DNA from: Candidatus Nanosynbacter sp.
GTDB lineage: Bacteria; Patescibacteriota; Saccharimonadia; Saccharimonadales; Saccharimonadaceae
Assembly: GCA_015257455.1 (NCBI GenBank)
Contig: JABZKD010000001.1
Location: forward strand, 72,548-136,547
Length of the DNA stretch: 64,000 bases
Direction: 5' to 3'
Shown here piece after piece: positions 19,327-29,253 of the stretch (position 1 is the stretch's first letter; the number at the start of each line of letters is the position of its first letter). The notes below the pieces were generated by a model. It saw only the letters and a program-made list of their open reading frames with translations. It ran no database searches and was not told where the DNA came from. A program made the position numbers and the translations under genes.

Positions 19327-19406
19327 AAAGCCACCAGAATATCGGTGGTTTTTTCTTGCTTCCACAATAGAAGCCTTTATGGCACACATCGGTGGTTTTT
19401 TCTTGT
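19327..19406 (+). terminator. Terminator after HD gene with duplicated 3' half
   Basis: AAAGCCACC...GGTGGTTTTTT; ATCGGTGGTTTTTTCTTG recurs at about 19340 and 19388. Confidence 0.7.
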
Positions 19407-19503
19407 CTCATCACAGAATTCTTCTGGTATTTTTTCCTAGTATTTTTTAAAGAAATATGTTAAAATATACCCGTTACGCGCTCTAATTAGGAGTAAATAT
19501 ATT

Positions 19504-19929
19504 ATGGCAAAAAAAGTAATTGGTAACTTAAAGTTACGCATCCCTGGTGGTAAGGCCACCGCAGGTCCTCCAGTTGGTTCAACCTTGGGTCAATGGGGCC
19601 TAAACATGATGGATTTCATTAATCCATTCAACGACAAAACCAAAGAATTCGCTGGCAAGAACGTCATCGTTCACATCCGCGTTTTCGATGATCGCACTTT
19701 CGATTGGGTTTGTCTCGGTCAACCAGTTGACGATTTAATTCGTGAAGAATTAAAACTTCAAAAAGGTTCTGGTCGTCCAAACACCGAAAAAGTTGGTTCC
19801 ATCACCCGTGAACAACTTGAGAAAATCGCTAACATCAAGATGAAGCAAATGAACGCTGTCGATCTTGAAGGTGCTATCAAGACCGTCGCTGGTACTGCCC
19901 GCTCTATGGGTGTCACTATCGCCGAATAA
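19504..19929 (+). CDS. rplK: 50S ribosomal protein L11
   Basis: GKATAGPPVGSTLG...AGTARSMGV. Confidence 0.98.
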   Translation: MAKKVIGNLKLRIPGGKATAGPPVGSTLGQWGLNMMDFINPFNDKTKEFAGKNVIVHIRVFDDRTFDWVCLGQPVDDLIREELKLQKGSGRPNTEKVGSITREQLEKIANIKMKQMNAVDLEGAIKTVAGTARSMGVTIAE

Positions 19930-19949
19930 TTGATTAAAATTAATTAACC

Positions 19950-19976
19950 GTGGGAGAGTTCGCTCGTTATTACCAC
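19950..19976 (+). promoter_or_regulatory. Putative L1-binding autoregulatory RNA element upstream of rplA
   Basis: GTGG-GAG-AG-TTCG-CT-CGTTATTA-CCAC: GUGGGAG...ACCAC stem/internal loop as seen in L1 leaders between rplK and rplA. Confidence 0.65.
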
Positions 19977-19989
19977 AGAAAGAAATCAA

Positions 19990-20895
19990 ATGTCAGAAGA
20001 ACAAATCAAATCTACTGAAGAATTAAATCAAACTCCAGTCGAAACTGTCGAGGCCGAAGAGAAATTTGCCAAATCTGGTAAAAAATCTAAGAAGCACATC
20101 GAAGAAGTTAAGGCTGAAGAAGAGCGCAAAGCTCGTGCCGAAGAGCACAAGCAAGAAGCCCTAGAAGAGAAGTCAAAGGGTGCCAAGCCAGTTACTCGTT
20201 CAATTCTTGAACGCCGTGGTAAAAAATACCAAGCCGCTTACAAGAATATCGACAAGACCAAGGCCTACAGCCTCACCGATGCTATCAAGCTTGCCGTCGA
20301 AACCAACCCAGCTAAATTTGACGCTACCGTCGAAATTCACGCTCGTCTCGGTGTCGACCCACGCCAAGCCGACCAAAACATTCGCACCACCATCGTTCTT
20401 CCAAACGGTAATGGTAAGACTGTTCGCGTCGCTGTCTTCGCCCCAGAAGATGAATGCAAAAAAGCTAAGGCCGCTGGTGCTGACATCGCCGAAGATGCCG
20501 AATTTATCAAGCAACTTGAAAAGGGAATTATCAATTTCGACGTTCTCATTTCTACCCCAGCTTACATGCCAAAACTTGGTAAGTTCGCTCGTTTGCTCGG
20601 TCCTAAGGGTTTGATGCCAAATCCAAAGGCTGGTACCGTCACCCTCGATATCGAGAAGGCCGTGAAAGAATCTAAGGCTGGTAAGGTCGAATATCGTGTC
20701 GACAAGCAAGCCATCGTTCACATCGGCGTCGGTAAAACCAACTTCACCCTCGATCAATTGAACGAAAATGCTACCGTGTTCATGGACTCTTTGAAGTCAA
20801 TGAAACCAGCTTCTATCAAAGGTCAATACATTAAGAGCATCTTTATTTCTACTACTATGGGTCCTTCCATTGCTGTAGAAAATATCTACAACTAA
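19990..20895 (+). CDS. rplA: 50S ribosomal protein L1 with charged N-terminal extension of about 70 aa
   Basis: [42 protein letters not shown]. Confidence 0.98.
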   Translation: MSEEQIKSTEELNQTPVETVEAEEKFAKSGKKSKKHIEEVKAEEERKARAEEHKQEALEEKSKGAKPVTRSILERRGKKYQAAYKNIDKTKAYSLTDAIKLAVETNPAKFDATVEIHARLGVDPRQADQNIRTTIVLPNGNGKTVRVAVFAPEDECKKAKAAGADIAEDAEFIKQLEKGIINFDVLISTPAYMPKLGKFARLLGPKGLMPNPKAGTVTLDIEKAVKESKAGKVEYRVDKQAIVHIGVGKTNFTLDQLNENATVFMDSLKSMKPASIKGQYIKSIFISTTMGPSIAVENIYN

Positions 20896-20910
20896 GCTCT
20901 TAATCTCTCT

Positions 20911-20944
20911 AAAATAAGCACCACTAATCCGGTGCTTATTTTTA
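20911..20944 (+). terminator. Intrinsic terminator after rplA
   Basis: AAAATAAGCACC...GGTGCTTATTTTTT. Confidence 0.85.
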
Positions 20945-21067
20945 TTAAATTTTACATCATTTTTCTTCCGCCATTTTATTCCATTTATGCTAAACTCGAA
21001 GTAGATGTATTAACATAGATTTATCTATTAGGACTAGATAAATAACATAAATGGGAGAGAAAAAACC

Positions 21068-23956
21068 GTGTCAAAGCGAGGAATTAGACATGCCATCAGT
21101 GGTAGGTCGGTTTTTAATATATTATCAATCTTTTTAGTCAGCACTTTATTTTGCTTGCTTCATTACGAAAGTACCCATGCCTCAACTGCTTCACTTGGCA
21201 TGCCTGGCGAGGTTAAAGTCGAAACCGATTTTTCAACTGGAAATAGAATGGAGTTTTCCAAATCCATCAATATTACCGTTAATACCAATAGCCCATTAGG
21301 GTACAAATTACTTTTTAGTAGCGACAGCGAAGATAGTTCACTAGTGAGTAATGACCCAAAGAACAATTACACTATTCCTTCCGTCTATGGTTCTGATCAT
21401 GTACTTTCTAGAGATATGCATAACCAGTACGGTTATAACGTCAAAGACACCGACGACCAAATTTACCAACAAATCCCAAGCCTCAGTAGTCCGCTCAAAA
21501 TCAAGCAAGTCAAAGATCCACTTACTGCCGCCGATACTATAAAATTCAACCTCGGCTTCGAACTCGAATCTTCCGCTCAGCCTGGCGAATATCACCGCAA
21601 TCTCGTTTTCACTCTCCTAGCCGAAGATCAAGCTTCTATCCAATTAGTTGATGGTATCGAAATTAATAAGGCTATCAAAAAAGCTGTCGGCATCACCGAC
21701 ACCAGCTATCTCGATAATCCGCTTACCACCACCCCAGACGATCCATGGCCAGAGGTTAATATTACCGTAGGTAGAAATAAATGTAGTGATAATATCACCA
21801 AAGAACGCACCTCGGTTATCTCTCTGCCAGATTCCGACGCCGAAGTTTATCTCGGTGGCTATCGTAGTAGCTGGGATAATATCTGCATTTGGAGTAATGC
21901 CACGGAATTAGTTTTTCCAGAGGACCTCTCTTATATGTATGCTGGACTTGGTGGAATAGATAGTAGTGTGAATTTTAATTTTGCCGATGGTCGCAGCAAA
22001 TCTACACTCAATTTTAAGAAAGTCAAAAATCTCGACCATCTATTTCAGAATACTATTGGATATAACAATGGCTCCTTCGAGGCCTCCAGTCTCTTTGAAT
22101 ATCTCAAAGATTCCCCGATCGAAAGCGCCGAATCTATCTTCGAAAATTCCACAGTCCAAGCTGTTGAGAAATTCACCAATGTAGCAAATCGCGCTAAAAA
22201 TCTCGCCTATGCTTTTCGCAATACAAAATCTTTGGGTCAGGTTAATTTTTCCGATTGGACTATCGGTGAAGCCGAAAACACTCAATCTATGTTTGAAGGT
22301 AGTGGTATCGGTCAAGCTATCCTAAGCAACGCTACTTTCGCCAAAACCAAAAATACCGAAAAAATGTTTAAAGACACTCAAAGCTCTTCGAGTATTCAGC
22401 TGCCAAAGGCCGTTTTTGATGAAACCACGAATACTAATAGTATGTTCATGAACAGCACATCGGTCAAAATTCTTCTGCCCCTAGCAACTTTTGCCAAATC
22501 CACTGACGCAGGCTCCATGTTTGAAAAAATACCATTAACCGAATTTGATCTCTCTAGTGCCACCCTTGCTAGTGCTACCAATTTTAATAACTTCTTCAAA
22601 GAGAGTGGCTACTACACTCTGGCTGTCAATTTACCGAAATTATCCCTCGCCTCCGCGGAAAATCTTTCTAGTATGTTCCAAAAATCTGAAATCGGTAAAC
22701 TCACTCTCAATGAAGCATCCATGGGCGGCAATCACATTACTGATATGTCGAGCATGTTTCAAGATTGCGCCAGTCTCGAGGAAATTGATCTTCACAATAT
22801 CACCACTGGACCACTAGAAAATATCGCCAGTATGTTTAAGCACCTTCCATATATTAAAAAAATCGTTCTACCAAGTATCTTTAACACCGCGAATGTTACA
22901 GACTTTAGTTCATTTCTCTCTGATAGTATTAAGCTCGCCACTTTAGAAAACGGCGATAAAATTAAACTAACCAGCGCCACCAATACTAGCCACATGTTCT
23001 ATAATTTACCCTCACTCGATCTCAAAGATTTTATCGAACATATCGAATCTGAAAACATCACCGATGCATCATACATGTTCTATCGAACCAAGTCTAGTCA
23101 GAATATTATTTTTCCTATCACCTTTAAAACTCACAATATTTCCAATATGCAAGGTATGTTCAACGGGTTCATGACTCCTTCACTCGATATTTCTAATATG
23201 AGCTTTGATAGTGCCACTACCATGGAAGAAATGCTGAGTGGAATAACTATCGATAGTAATGAGATAAGCCTAAATGACTACAACTACTCCGCCAAACAAA
23301 TTATTTGGCCAACTGGCACTATTAATGCGCCAAATCTCACCTCACTGCGCGGCCTCTATAAAGGACATCACTATTTAACTCAAGCTATTTTTCCAAAATT
23401 AAACACCACGGTTCTTACTGACCTTAGCTTCATCTTTAGTAACTTTACCAATTCACTCACCAAGCTGGATCTCACCGGACTTGATACTTCACATGTTGAA
23501 ACTGTCGAAAGTATGTTCGCTGGTACTCAATTTACTCTAAACGTCCCAACCAAAATTTCCTTCGACACCTCTAGTGTTCGCAATATGCATAATATGTTTT
23601 ACTATGCTAGGTCCAGTGACGGACTGTTAGATCTCAGTGACCTTGATGTTTCCAATGTCACCGATATGTCTAATCTTATATATTACACCTGGCTAGTCAC
23701 CGTCGACCTTACTGGCTGGGATACTAGAAATGTCACCGATATGACTGAAATGTTCTATGACAGTAACTACATTACGACCATCTATGCTTCCGAAAGTTTT
23801 GTCACTACCAATGTCACAAAGTCAGATAGAATCTTCTATATGGATTATGGTGGGGCTTTCGTTGGCGGTAACGGCACAGCCTTTACTGGAAGCGAAGATA
23901 TCACTTACGCTCGCATCGATAAACCAGGTAAGCCAGGGTTCTTTACCAAAAAATAA
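21068..23956 (+). CDS. DUF285/BspA-type LRR surface protein (paralog 1 of tandem pair)
   Basis: Signal peptide (THA-S); WxL-like domain; xTxNVTDMxxMF repeats; C-terminal YARIDKPGKPGFFTKK; GTG start with SD GGGAG. Confidence 0.88.
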   Translation: MSKRGIRHAISGRSVFNILSIFLVSTLFCLLHYESTHASTASLGMPGEVKVETDFSTGNRMEFSKSINITVNTNSPLGYKLLFSSDSEDSSLVSNDPKNNYTIPSVYGSDHVLSRDMHNQYGYNVKDTDDQIYQQIPSLSSPLKIKQVKDPLTAADTIKFNLGFELESSAQPGEYHRNLVFTLLAEDQASIQLVDGIEINKAIKKAVGITDTSYLDNPLTTTPDDPWPEVNITVGRNKCSDNITKERTSVISLPDSDAEVYLGGYRSSWDNICIWSNATELVFPEDLSYMYAGLGGIDSSVNFNFADGRSKSTLNFKKVKNLDHLFQNTIGYNNGSFEASSLFEYLKDSPIESAESIFENSTVQAVEKFTNVANRAKNLAYAFRNTKSLGQVNFSDWTIGEAENTQSMFEGSGIGQAILSNATFAKTKNTEKMFKDTQSSSSIQLPKAVFDETTNTNSMFMNSTSVKILLPLATFAKSTDAGSMFEKIPLTEFDLSSATLASATNFNNFFKESGYYTLAVNLPKLSLASAENLSSMFQKSEIGKLTLNEASMGGNHITDMSSMFQDCASLEEIDLHNITTGPLENIASMFKHLPYIKKIVLPSIFNTANVTDFSSFLSDSIKLATLENGDKIKLTSATNTSHMFYNLPSLDLKDFIEHIESENITDASYMFYRTKSSQNIIFPITFKTHNISNMQGMFNGFMTPSLDISNMSFDSATTMEEMLSGITIDSNEISLNDYNYSAKQIIWPTGTINAPNLTSLRGLYKGHHYLTQAIFPKLNTTVLTDLSFIFSNFTNSLTKLDLTGLDTSHVETVESMFAGTQFTLNVPTKISFDTSSVRNMHNMFYYARSSDGLLDLSDLDVSNVTDMSNLIYYTWLVTVDLTGWDTRNVTDMTEMFYDSNYITTIYASESFVTTNVTKSDRIFYMDYGGAFVGGNGTAFTGSEDITYARIDKPGKPGFFTKK

Positions 23957-24075
23957 ACATCCAAAACCTCCAATTTTCCTCTTCCACTCATTATTCCATT
24001 TATGCTAAAATAGTAGTGTTAAGAATAAGCTTATGCTAGCTATAAGCTAGACAAGCTAATAAATTGGAGGTTTAA

Positions 24076-26835
24076 GTGACCAAACTGCGAACTCACGGAA
24101 ACGTTTTTTGTGAGATATGTCGAAAGCTAGCACTCGCCACTTTTGTTGGTATCTTTTTCCTCATCTCCTACACTCAGAACACTTTTGCCGATTCTGCCTC
24201 CATTACCGTGCCAAGCAGTGTCAGTATTTCTGTCGACACTAATCTTCAGGCACGTACCGAAGTGACAAAAACTATCGATATGAGCGTCAATACCGACAGC
24301 CCGACCGGCTATAAACTTTTCCTCAGCAGCGATAGCGCCGAGACCAGTCTCGTCAGTGCTAATGGTAATCCTTTCAAAATTAATTCCACCTCTGGTACCA
24401 ATAATGATTTAGCCACTGAGATGAATAATCAATACGGTTATAATACTGAGACCACCGATAATAAACGCTATAGTTACATCCCAAATCTTAGCAACCCAGT
24501 CAAGATTCGTTCCTCTTTCACTCAGCTCACCGCCGCGGATAATTTCAAGTTCAACCTAGGTTTTGCTTTACGCAATAATATCCCGGCTGACACCTATCAA
24601 CGTAAACTTATTTTTACCCTAATCTCCGAAGGGGAAGCGAACGCTACATTAGTTAATGGCCCTGAACTCAATAAGGCCCTCAAAAAAGCTCTCGGTATCA
24701 CCGATCAAAGTTATTTTGATGACCCGCTCAAGCAAATTTCCGCCGCTGGCACTTTTTATCCAGATTTTAATATCGAAATTGGCAAAAATAAATGTCATGA
24801 AAATATTACGCCTGCACGCACCACCCTAATTTCTACTCCCGATTCTGATGTGCCGGTCTATCTTGGTGGATATCGCAGTTCTTGGGATAAATTCTGCATC
24901 TGGTCCCCAGCCACCAAGGTTGTATTTCCAGAAGACATTTCCTACATGTTTGCTGGCCTCACTGGCACCACCGAAGAGATGGGTTTCACTTTCCGCGATG
25001 ATCGCGACATCAATATGCTTGATTTTTCCAAAATTAAAAATGCTTCTCACCTATTCCAAAAAACTCTCGGTTATTACGGTAATAAATTCAAAGCCGATGG
25101 CTTCACCAAATATCTCAGCCGCGCTGAAGTCGAAAATATCGAATCACTCTACGAAGATTCCGGCATTGCCGCCATCGTTGACACCTCTTTTATGTCTAAG
25201 GCTAAGAATATCGCCAATGTTTTCAAGAACGCCAAATATCTCGAGTCCGCCGACCTTTCCACTTGGACTATTTCTGATATGGAAGATGCCTCTTCAATTT
25301 TTGAGGGTTCCATGCTTAAAAATATCGACCTCAGTAATTCCACCTTCGAAAACACTGAAAATACCCGAAATATGTTCAAGAATTCCGCCGCTACTACGAT
25401 TAATCTCAGTAAAGCCACTTTCAACAATGTCGAAAATGCCAGTGGTATGTTCGAAAATGCTAGAGCCTCCACCATTTCCATGCCTGAAGCGACTTTCGCT
25501 AAGACCACCGATTTTTCCAATATGTTCAAGGGTGCCACTAGTGCTAGCAGTATCGATCTTTCCAAAATCACCTTCTCCGCTGCCACCAATCTTTCTGGCA
25601 TGTTCCAAGACACTTCGGCCGAACAACTAGTTTTAAATAACACTAACCTTGCCGGCAATAATATTACCGATATGTCTTTCATGTTTAAAAACAGTAAGGT
25701 CAAAAATATCGATCTCGGCAGCATGCAAACTGGCCCACTCACCTCGATTGTGGGTATGTTTAAAAATACTAATAATCTCGAAACTATTACTCTCCCTTCT
25801 GTCTTCAATACTTCAAATATTACCGATATGAGCTCGCTCTTCGAGAATAACATCAAGCTAAATACTATCAATAATTTAGCCAACCTCGACACTACCAATG
25901 TTCGAAATATGAGCCGTATGTTTGCCAGTGATTTTTATCTCCCGATGCAAAACATCATTCCAAATCTTCGCGCCAATAAGGTTGAAGATACCTCATATAT
26001 GTTCTACGGTACGCGTGCCACTAGTCCGGTTACTTTCCCAGCTACCTTTAATACTGAAAATCTCACCGATATGAGCTATATGTTCGTAGGTTTCACTGTG
26101 CCAAGCCTTGATATCTCCAATTTCAAGCTCGGTAATGTCACCACTATGGAAGGCACCTTCAGTTCTGAGTCGAAAACCACCGCGGTTGGTCCAATCACTT
26201 GGCCATCTGGGCAAATTAATATGCCACGCCTCACTACCATGCGCGCTCTTTTTAAATTTAATACCGCACAAAATCAAATTGTCTTACCGACCTTCAAGAC
26301 CCCAGCCCTCACCGACACTAGCTATATGTTCTACGGCATCGGCAAAATCGACAAAATCGATAATATCAATAGCCTCGATACCGCCAATGTCACCACCATG
26401 GAAGGTATGTTTGCATACAATGACACCAGTCTGATGAAAGGCGAAAATGTTAAATTTGAATTTAACACTGGCAAGGTCAAGAATATGAACTTAATGTTTA
26501 AGAATTCTTATGTCAACTATCTCGACCTCAGCTCCTTCGATACTAGAAGTTTAGTTACCGCCGTCAGTACCTTCGACTACACCTGGATCAAAATTCTCGA
26601 CCTCACCAACTGGGATACTCGCAACCTTGAAGATGTCACCTCAATGTTTAGTGGCTCTACCTGGCTCGTAACTATCTATGCCTCTGAAAGTTTCGTCACC
26701 ACCAAGGTTACCGCCTCTAATGATATCTTCTATAGCGTCACCTACGATCTCGGTTCTGGAGCTATCGGAAATAGCATCACCTATGCTCGCATCGGTGCCC
26801 CAGGCGCACCAGGTGCCTTTACTAAGAAAACATAA
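24076..26835 (+). CDS. DUF285/BspA-type LRR surface protein (paralog 2 of tandem pair)
   Basis: Signal peptide (TFA-D); same architecture as 21068 gene with shared NQYGYN, VYLGGYRSSWD and TIYASESFVTT; SD GGAGG. Confidence 0.88.
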   Translation: MTKLRTHGNVFCEICRKLALATFVGIFFLISYTQNTFADSASITVPSSVSISVDTNLQARTEVTKTIDMSVNTDSPTGYKLFLSSDSAETSLVSANGNPFKINSTSGTNNDLATEMNNQYGYNTETTDNKRYSYIPNLSNPVKIRSSFTQLTAADNFKFNLGFALRNNIPADTYQRKLIFTLISEGEANATLVNGPELNKALKKALGITDQSYFDDPLKQISAAGTFYPDFNIEIGKNKCHENITPARTTLISTPDSDVPVYLGGYRSSWDKFCIWSPATKVVFPEDISYMFAGLTGTTEEMGFTFRDDRDINMLDFSKIKNASHLFQKTLGYYGNKFKADGFTKYLSRAEVENIESLYEDSGIAAIVDTSFMSKAKNIANVFKNAKYLESADLSTWTISDMEDASSIFEGSMLKNIDLSNSTFENTENTRNMFKNSAATTINLSKATFNNVENASGMFENARASTISMPEATFAKTTDFSNMFKGATSASSIDLSKITFSAATNLSGMFQDTSAEQLVLNNTNLAGNNITDMSFMFKNSKVKNIDLGSMQTGPLTSIVGMFKNTNNLETITLPSVFNTSNITDMSSLFENNIKLNTINNLANLDTTNVRNMSRMFASDFYLPMQNIIPNLRANKVEDTSYMFYGTRATSPVTFPATFNTENLTDMSYMFVGFTVPSLDISNFKLGNVTTMEGTFSSESKTTAVGPITWPSGQINMPRLTTMRALFKFNTAQNQIVLPTFKTPALTDTSYMFYGIGKIDKIDNINSLDTANVTTMEGMFAYNDTSLMKGENVKFEFNTGKVKNMNLMFKNSYVNYLDLSSFDTRSLVTAVSTFDYTWIKILDLTNWDTRNLEDVTSMFSGSTWLVTIYASESFVTTKVTASNDIFYSVTYDLGSGAIGNSITYARIGAPGAPGAFTKKT

Positions 26836-26839
26836 GCTA

Positions 26840-26867
26840 AAATACCCCATAACATCTGGGGTATTTT
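26840..26867 (+). terminator. Intrinsic terminator
   Basis: AAAATACCCCA...TGGGGTATTTT. Confidence 0.8.
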
Positions 26868-26896
26868 CTTATTTTCTGTAGAAATATGTAACAAAA

Positions 26897-26980
26897 ATCA
26901 ACTATTCACTCATCATTCAGGAGTTAGCCATAAAAAACATCAACTATTCACTCATTCTTAAAAAATAAGCCATAAAAAAT
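26897..26980. repeat. 42-bp period tandem duplication with variable 12-nt centre
   Basis: ATCAACTATTCACTCAT-N12-AGCCATAAAAAA at 26897 and 26939. Confidence 0.85.
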
Positions 26981-27004
26981 ATCCCACCAATGTGGGATAT
27001 TTTT
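26974..27004 (-). terminator. Terminator of rplJ-rplL
   Basis: AAAAAATATCCCAC-CAAT-GTGGGATATTTTT. Confidence 0.85.
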
Positions 27005-27032
27005 GATAAATTCGTAAACTTCAGAGTTTTAA

Positions 27033-27404
27033 TTAAGCTAATTCGATGACAGCACCAGCTTCTTCGAGAGTTTTCTTCAAAGCTTCAGCTTCGTCTTTCT
27101 TAACGTTTTCTTTTACGGTTGAAGGAGCACCATCAACGAGGGCTTTAGCTTCACCAAGACCAAGACCGGTAGCTTCTTTAACAGCCTTGATAACAGCGAT
27201 CTTCTGAGCGCCAGCGTCTTTAAGAACGACGTTAAATTCAGATTTGCCTTCTTCTTCGGCAGCAGCGGCAGGAGCAGCAGCAACAGCAACAGCGGCAGCA
27301 GCTGGTTCGATACCGTATTCATCTTTGAGAGTATTTTTGAGTTCGTTTACTTCAAGAACAGTAAGATTTACTAATTCTTCAGCAAGTTTTTTAATATCAG
27401 CCAT
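27033..27404 (-). CDS. rplL: 50S ribosomal protein L7/L12
   Basis: LTVLEVNEL, Ala-rich hinge, [21 protein letters not shown]. Confidence 0.98.
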   Translation of the reverse strand: MADIKKLAEELVNLTVLEVNELKNTLKDEYGIEPAAAAVAVAAAPAAAAEEEGKSEFNVVLKDAGAQKIAVIKAVKEATGLGLGEAKALVDGAPSTVKENVKKDEAEALKKTLEEAGAVIELA

Positions 27405-27449
27405 ATTAGACCTTTCGAAAAATTAAATTTGTTATTAATAGTACACTTG

Positions 27450-27965
27450 TTACTTGTTTTCTAAGCCAGAAACAATTCCGGAAAGACCACCAGCGAGAGC
27501 TGAGATGGAATCGTTGACTGGGGAAAGCAATTGAGCCACCACCTGGGCGACCAATTCGTTCTTGGAAGGAAGAGATGCAAGAGCATTGATCTCTGCAGTA
27601 TCCAAGGCGTTGCCAGTTTCAGAAAAACCACCCAAAAGCTCGAAAGCTTTGTGGGTCTTACCAAACTCTGCCAAAATTTTAGCAGGAGCGATTTCGTCGG
27701 TATCAGAAATAGCATAAACTAATTGACCAGTGAGGTGAGTAGTGTCGGTGTCTTTGTAGACAGCGATTTCATTCATCGCAACACGAACCAAGCGGTTCTT
27801 TACGATTTTGATTTTCACACCCTGCTCACGAGCACTGTGACGCAACTCTTCGAGTTCAGCCACAGACAAACCTTGATAGTTTGCATAAGCGGTAAGTTTA
27901 GCTTCTGATAAAAGCTTAGTTAAATCTGCAACCAATGTATTCTTTTTATCTTTAGAAATTGCCAT
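27450..27965 (-). CDS. rplJ: 50S ribosomal protein L10
   Basis: YQGLSVAELEELR, VKNRL, LASLPSKNEL. Confidence 0.97.
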   Translation of the reverse strand: MAISKDKKNTLVADLTKLLSEAKLTAYANYQGLSVAELEELRHSAREQGVKIKIVKNRLVRVAMNEIAVYKDTDTTHLTGQLVYAISDTDEIAPAKILAEFGKTHKAFELLGGFSETGNALDTAEINALASLPSKNELVAQVVAQLLSPVNDSISALAGGLSGIVSGLENK

Positions 27966-28023
27966 AAAAAGTTCCCTTGATTGTTAAATTTTTTATTAAA
28001 AAGTTTACGAATTTTTAATTTTC

Positions 28024-28097
28024 GTTACCAGAAAAATTAATTAGAAGATTTTCCTCGGTGACTTTATTAAGATTACTCCGTCACTGTCTTTGGTAAC
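28024..28097 (-). ncRNA. L10 leader (rplJ-rplL autoregulatory RNA)
   Basis: Minus strand GTTACCAAAGACAGTGAC...TTAA...GTCACCGAGG...TGGTAAC carries the AAGAC / UUAA / CGAGG hallmarks of L10 leaders and a closing stem. Confidence 0.8.
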
Positions 28098-28149
28098 TTC
28101 CTACATTATATCAGAGAGAAGGGAAAAATGCAAACCACTGCCACTGATT

Positions 28150-28581
28150 TTATTCGTGATGATATTTTCCACCATGTAAAATTTCTTGTGTGCGATAGAT
28201 CTGTTCCACCAGCATCACTCGCATTAGTTGGTGGGGGAAGACCAAATTCGAAAAACTCCAGACCACATCAGATTTTTTCCTCACTTCTTCTGTCACACCA
28301 TACGCCCCACCGATAATTAAGACAATTTCTTTCCCAAAATTAAACTCGCGTGACATAATTTCCGCAATTTGACCATTCTTGAAATTTACTCCACGCTCAT
28401 CCAAAAGTATTACGTACTCTCGCCACGTGAACGGCCAGTTAGCTAGATACTCATCAAGTTTTTTCTCTTCCAAAAACTGCCACTTGACATCAAACGGCTT
28501 CTTTAAGCGCTTTTCATATTCCGAAATCATGCTCACAATCTCTGGAATATGCTTCTTGCCACCAGCTATAATTTTAATCAT
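28150..28581 (-). CDS. rlmH: 23S rRNA (pseudouridine1915-N3)-methyltransferase
   Basis: LDERG, IIGGAYG, FPHQLMRVMLVEQIYR, GGKYHHE; start MIKII at 28581. Confidence 0.95.
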   Translation of the reverse strand: MIKIIAGGKKHIPEIVSMISEYEKRLKKPFDVKWQFLEEKKLDEYLANWPFTWREYVILLDERGVNFKNGQIAEIMSREFNFGKEIVLIIGGAYGVTEEVRKKSDVVWSFSNLVFPHQLMRVMLVEQIYRTQEILHGGKYHHE

Positions 28582-28732
28582 AATTCTATCATAAACGATT
28601 TTTCCAAAAATAGCATTTTTTAACATAATTTCTCCATAAAGTCCACTAATTTTAACCTTATCTTTCTTGACATTTTCCTAAAAAGGCCGTACGATTAGAG
28701 TGATATTTATTAAACAGACAGGATGCGAGGTG

Positions 28733-29251
28733 ATGTCTGAATTACCAGAAAAACAAATAAAACGACTCCGTTCTCTTATTCAAGAAGCAGAAACTAATTT
28801 GGCCGCCGCCAAAGAACTTTTGATTTCAATGCTCGGAGACGGGGAAACCATTACTACTCCGAGAGAAGTAGTTATTAGTAATAACGAAGGCAAGATTATC
28901 GAAGGTGTCTTTGACGGCCAAATTATGATTGACCAAGACGGTAAGAATTACCCAGTTCCAGCCAACTACGCCAGTAAGTCCAAGCTTGTCGAAGGCGACA
29001 TTATGAAGCTCACTATTACGAAGGAAGGTAAATTCCTTTACAAGCAAATCGGACCAGTCGAACGTAAGACCGTGATCGGTACTTTGATTCGCCATGACGA
29101 CAAATATTTTGTCGAAGTTAATGGTCGCGAATACGAAATTCTTTATGCATCGGTAACCTATTTCCGTCTCAAAGAAGGTTCTCAGGTTTCAGTAGTCATT
29201 CCAGCGAACAACGATGACGCCAATTGGGCTGCCGTCGAGGCGTCGCTCTAA
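28733..29251 (+). CDS. Conserved hypothetical protein (CPR-type; N-terminal coiled coil plus OB-like domains)
   Basis: IIEGVFDGQIM..DGKNYPVPANYASKSKLVEGD motif recognised as common in Patescibacteria; GAGGTG SD. Confidence 0.75.
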   Translation: MSELPEKQIKRLRSLIQEAETNLAAAKELLISMLGDGETITTPREVVISNNEGKIIEGVFDGQIMIDQDGKNYPVPANYASKSKLVEGDIMKLTITKEGKFLYKQIGPVERKTVIGTLIRHDDKYFVEVNGREYEILYASVTYFRLKEGSQVSVVIPANNDDANWAAVEASL

Positions 29252-29253
29252 AT

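Noticed and set aside
24848..25898. Long alternative-frame ORFs (260 aa +, 249 aa -) inside the BspA gene
   Set aside because: Shadow ORFs from biased codon usage in a repetitive gene; no motifs or translation signals
8951..26835. Diversity-generating retroelement targeting the surface proteins
   Set aside because: No reverse transcriptase and no near-identical TR/VR pair differing at adenines seen
26897..26980. Possible CRISPR repeat-spacer unit
   Set aside because: Two copies only, 12-nt variable part, non-palindromic, no leader or cas
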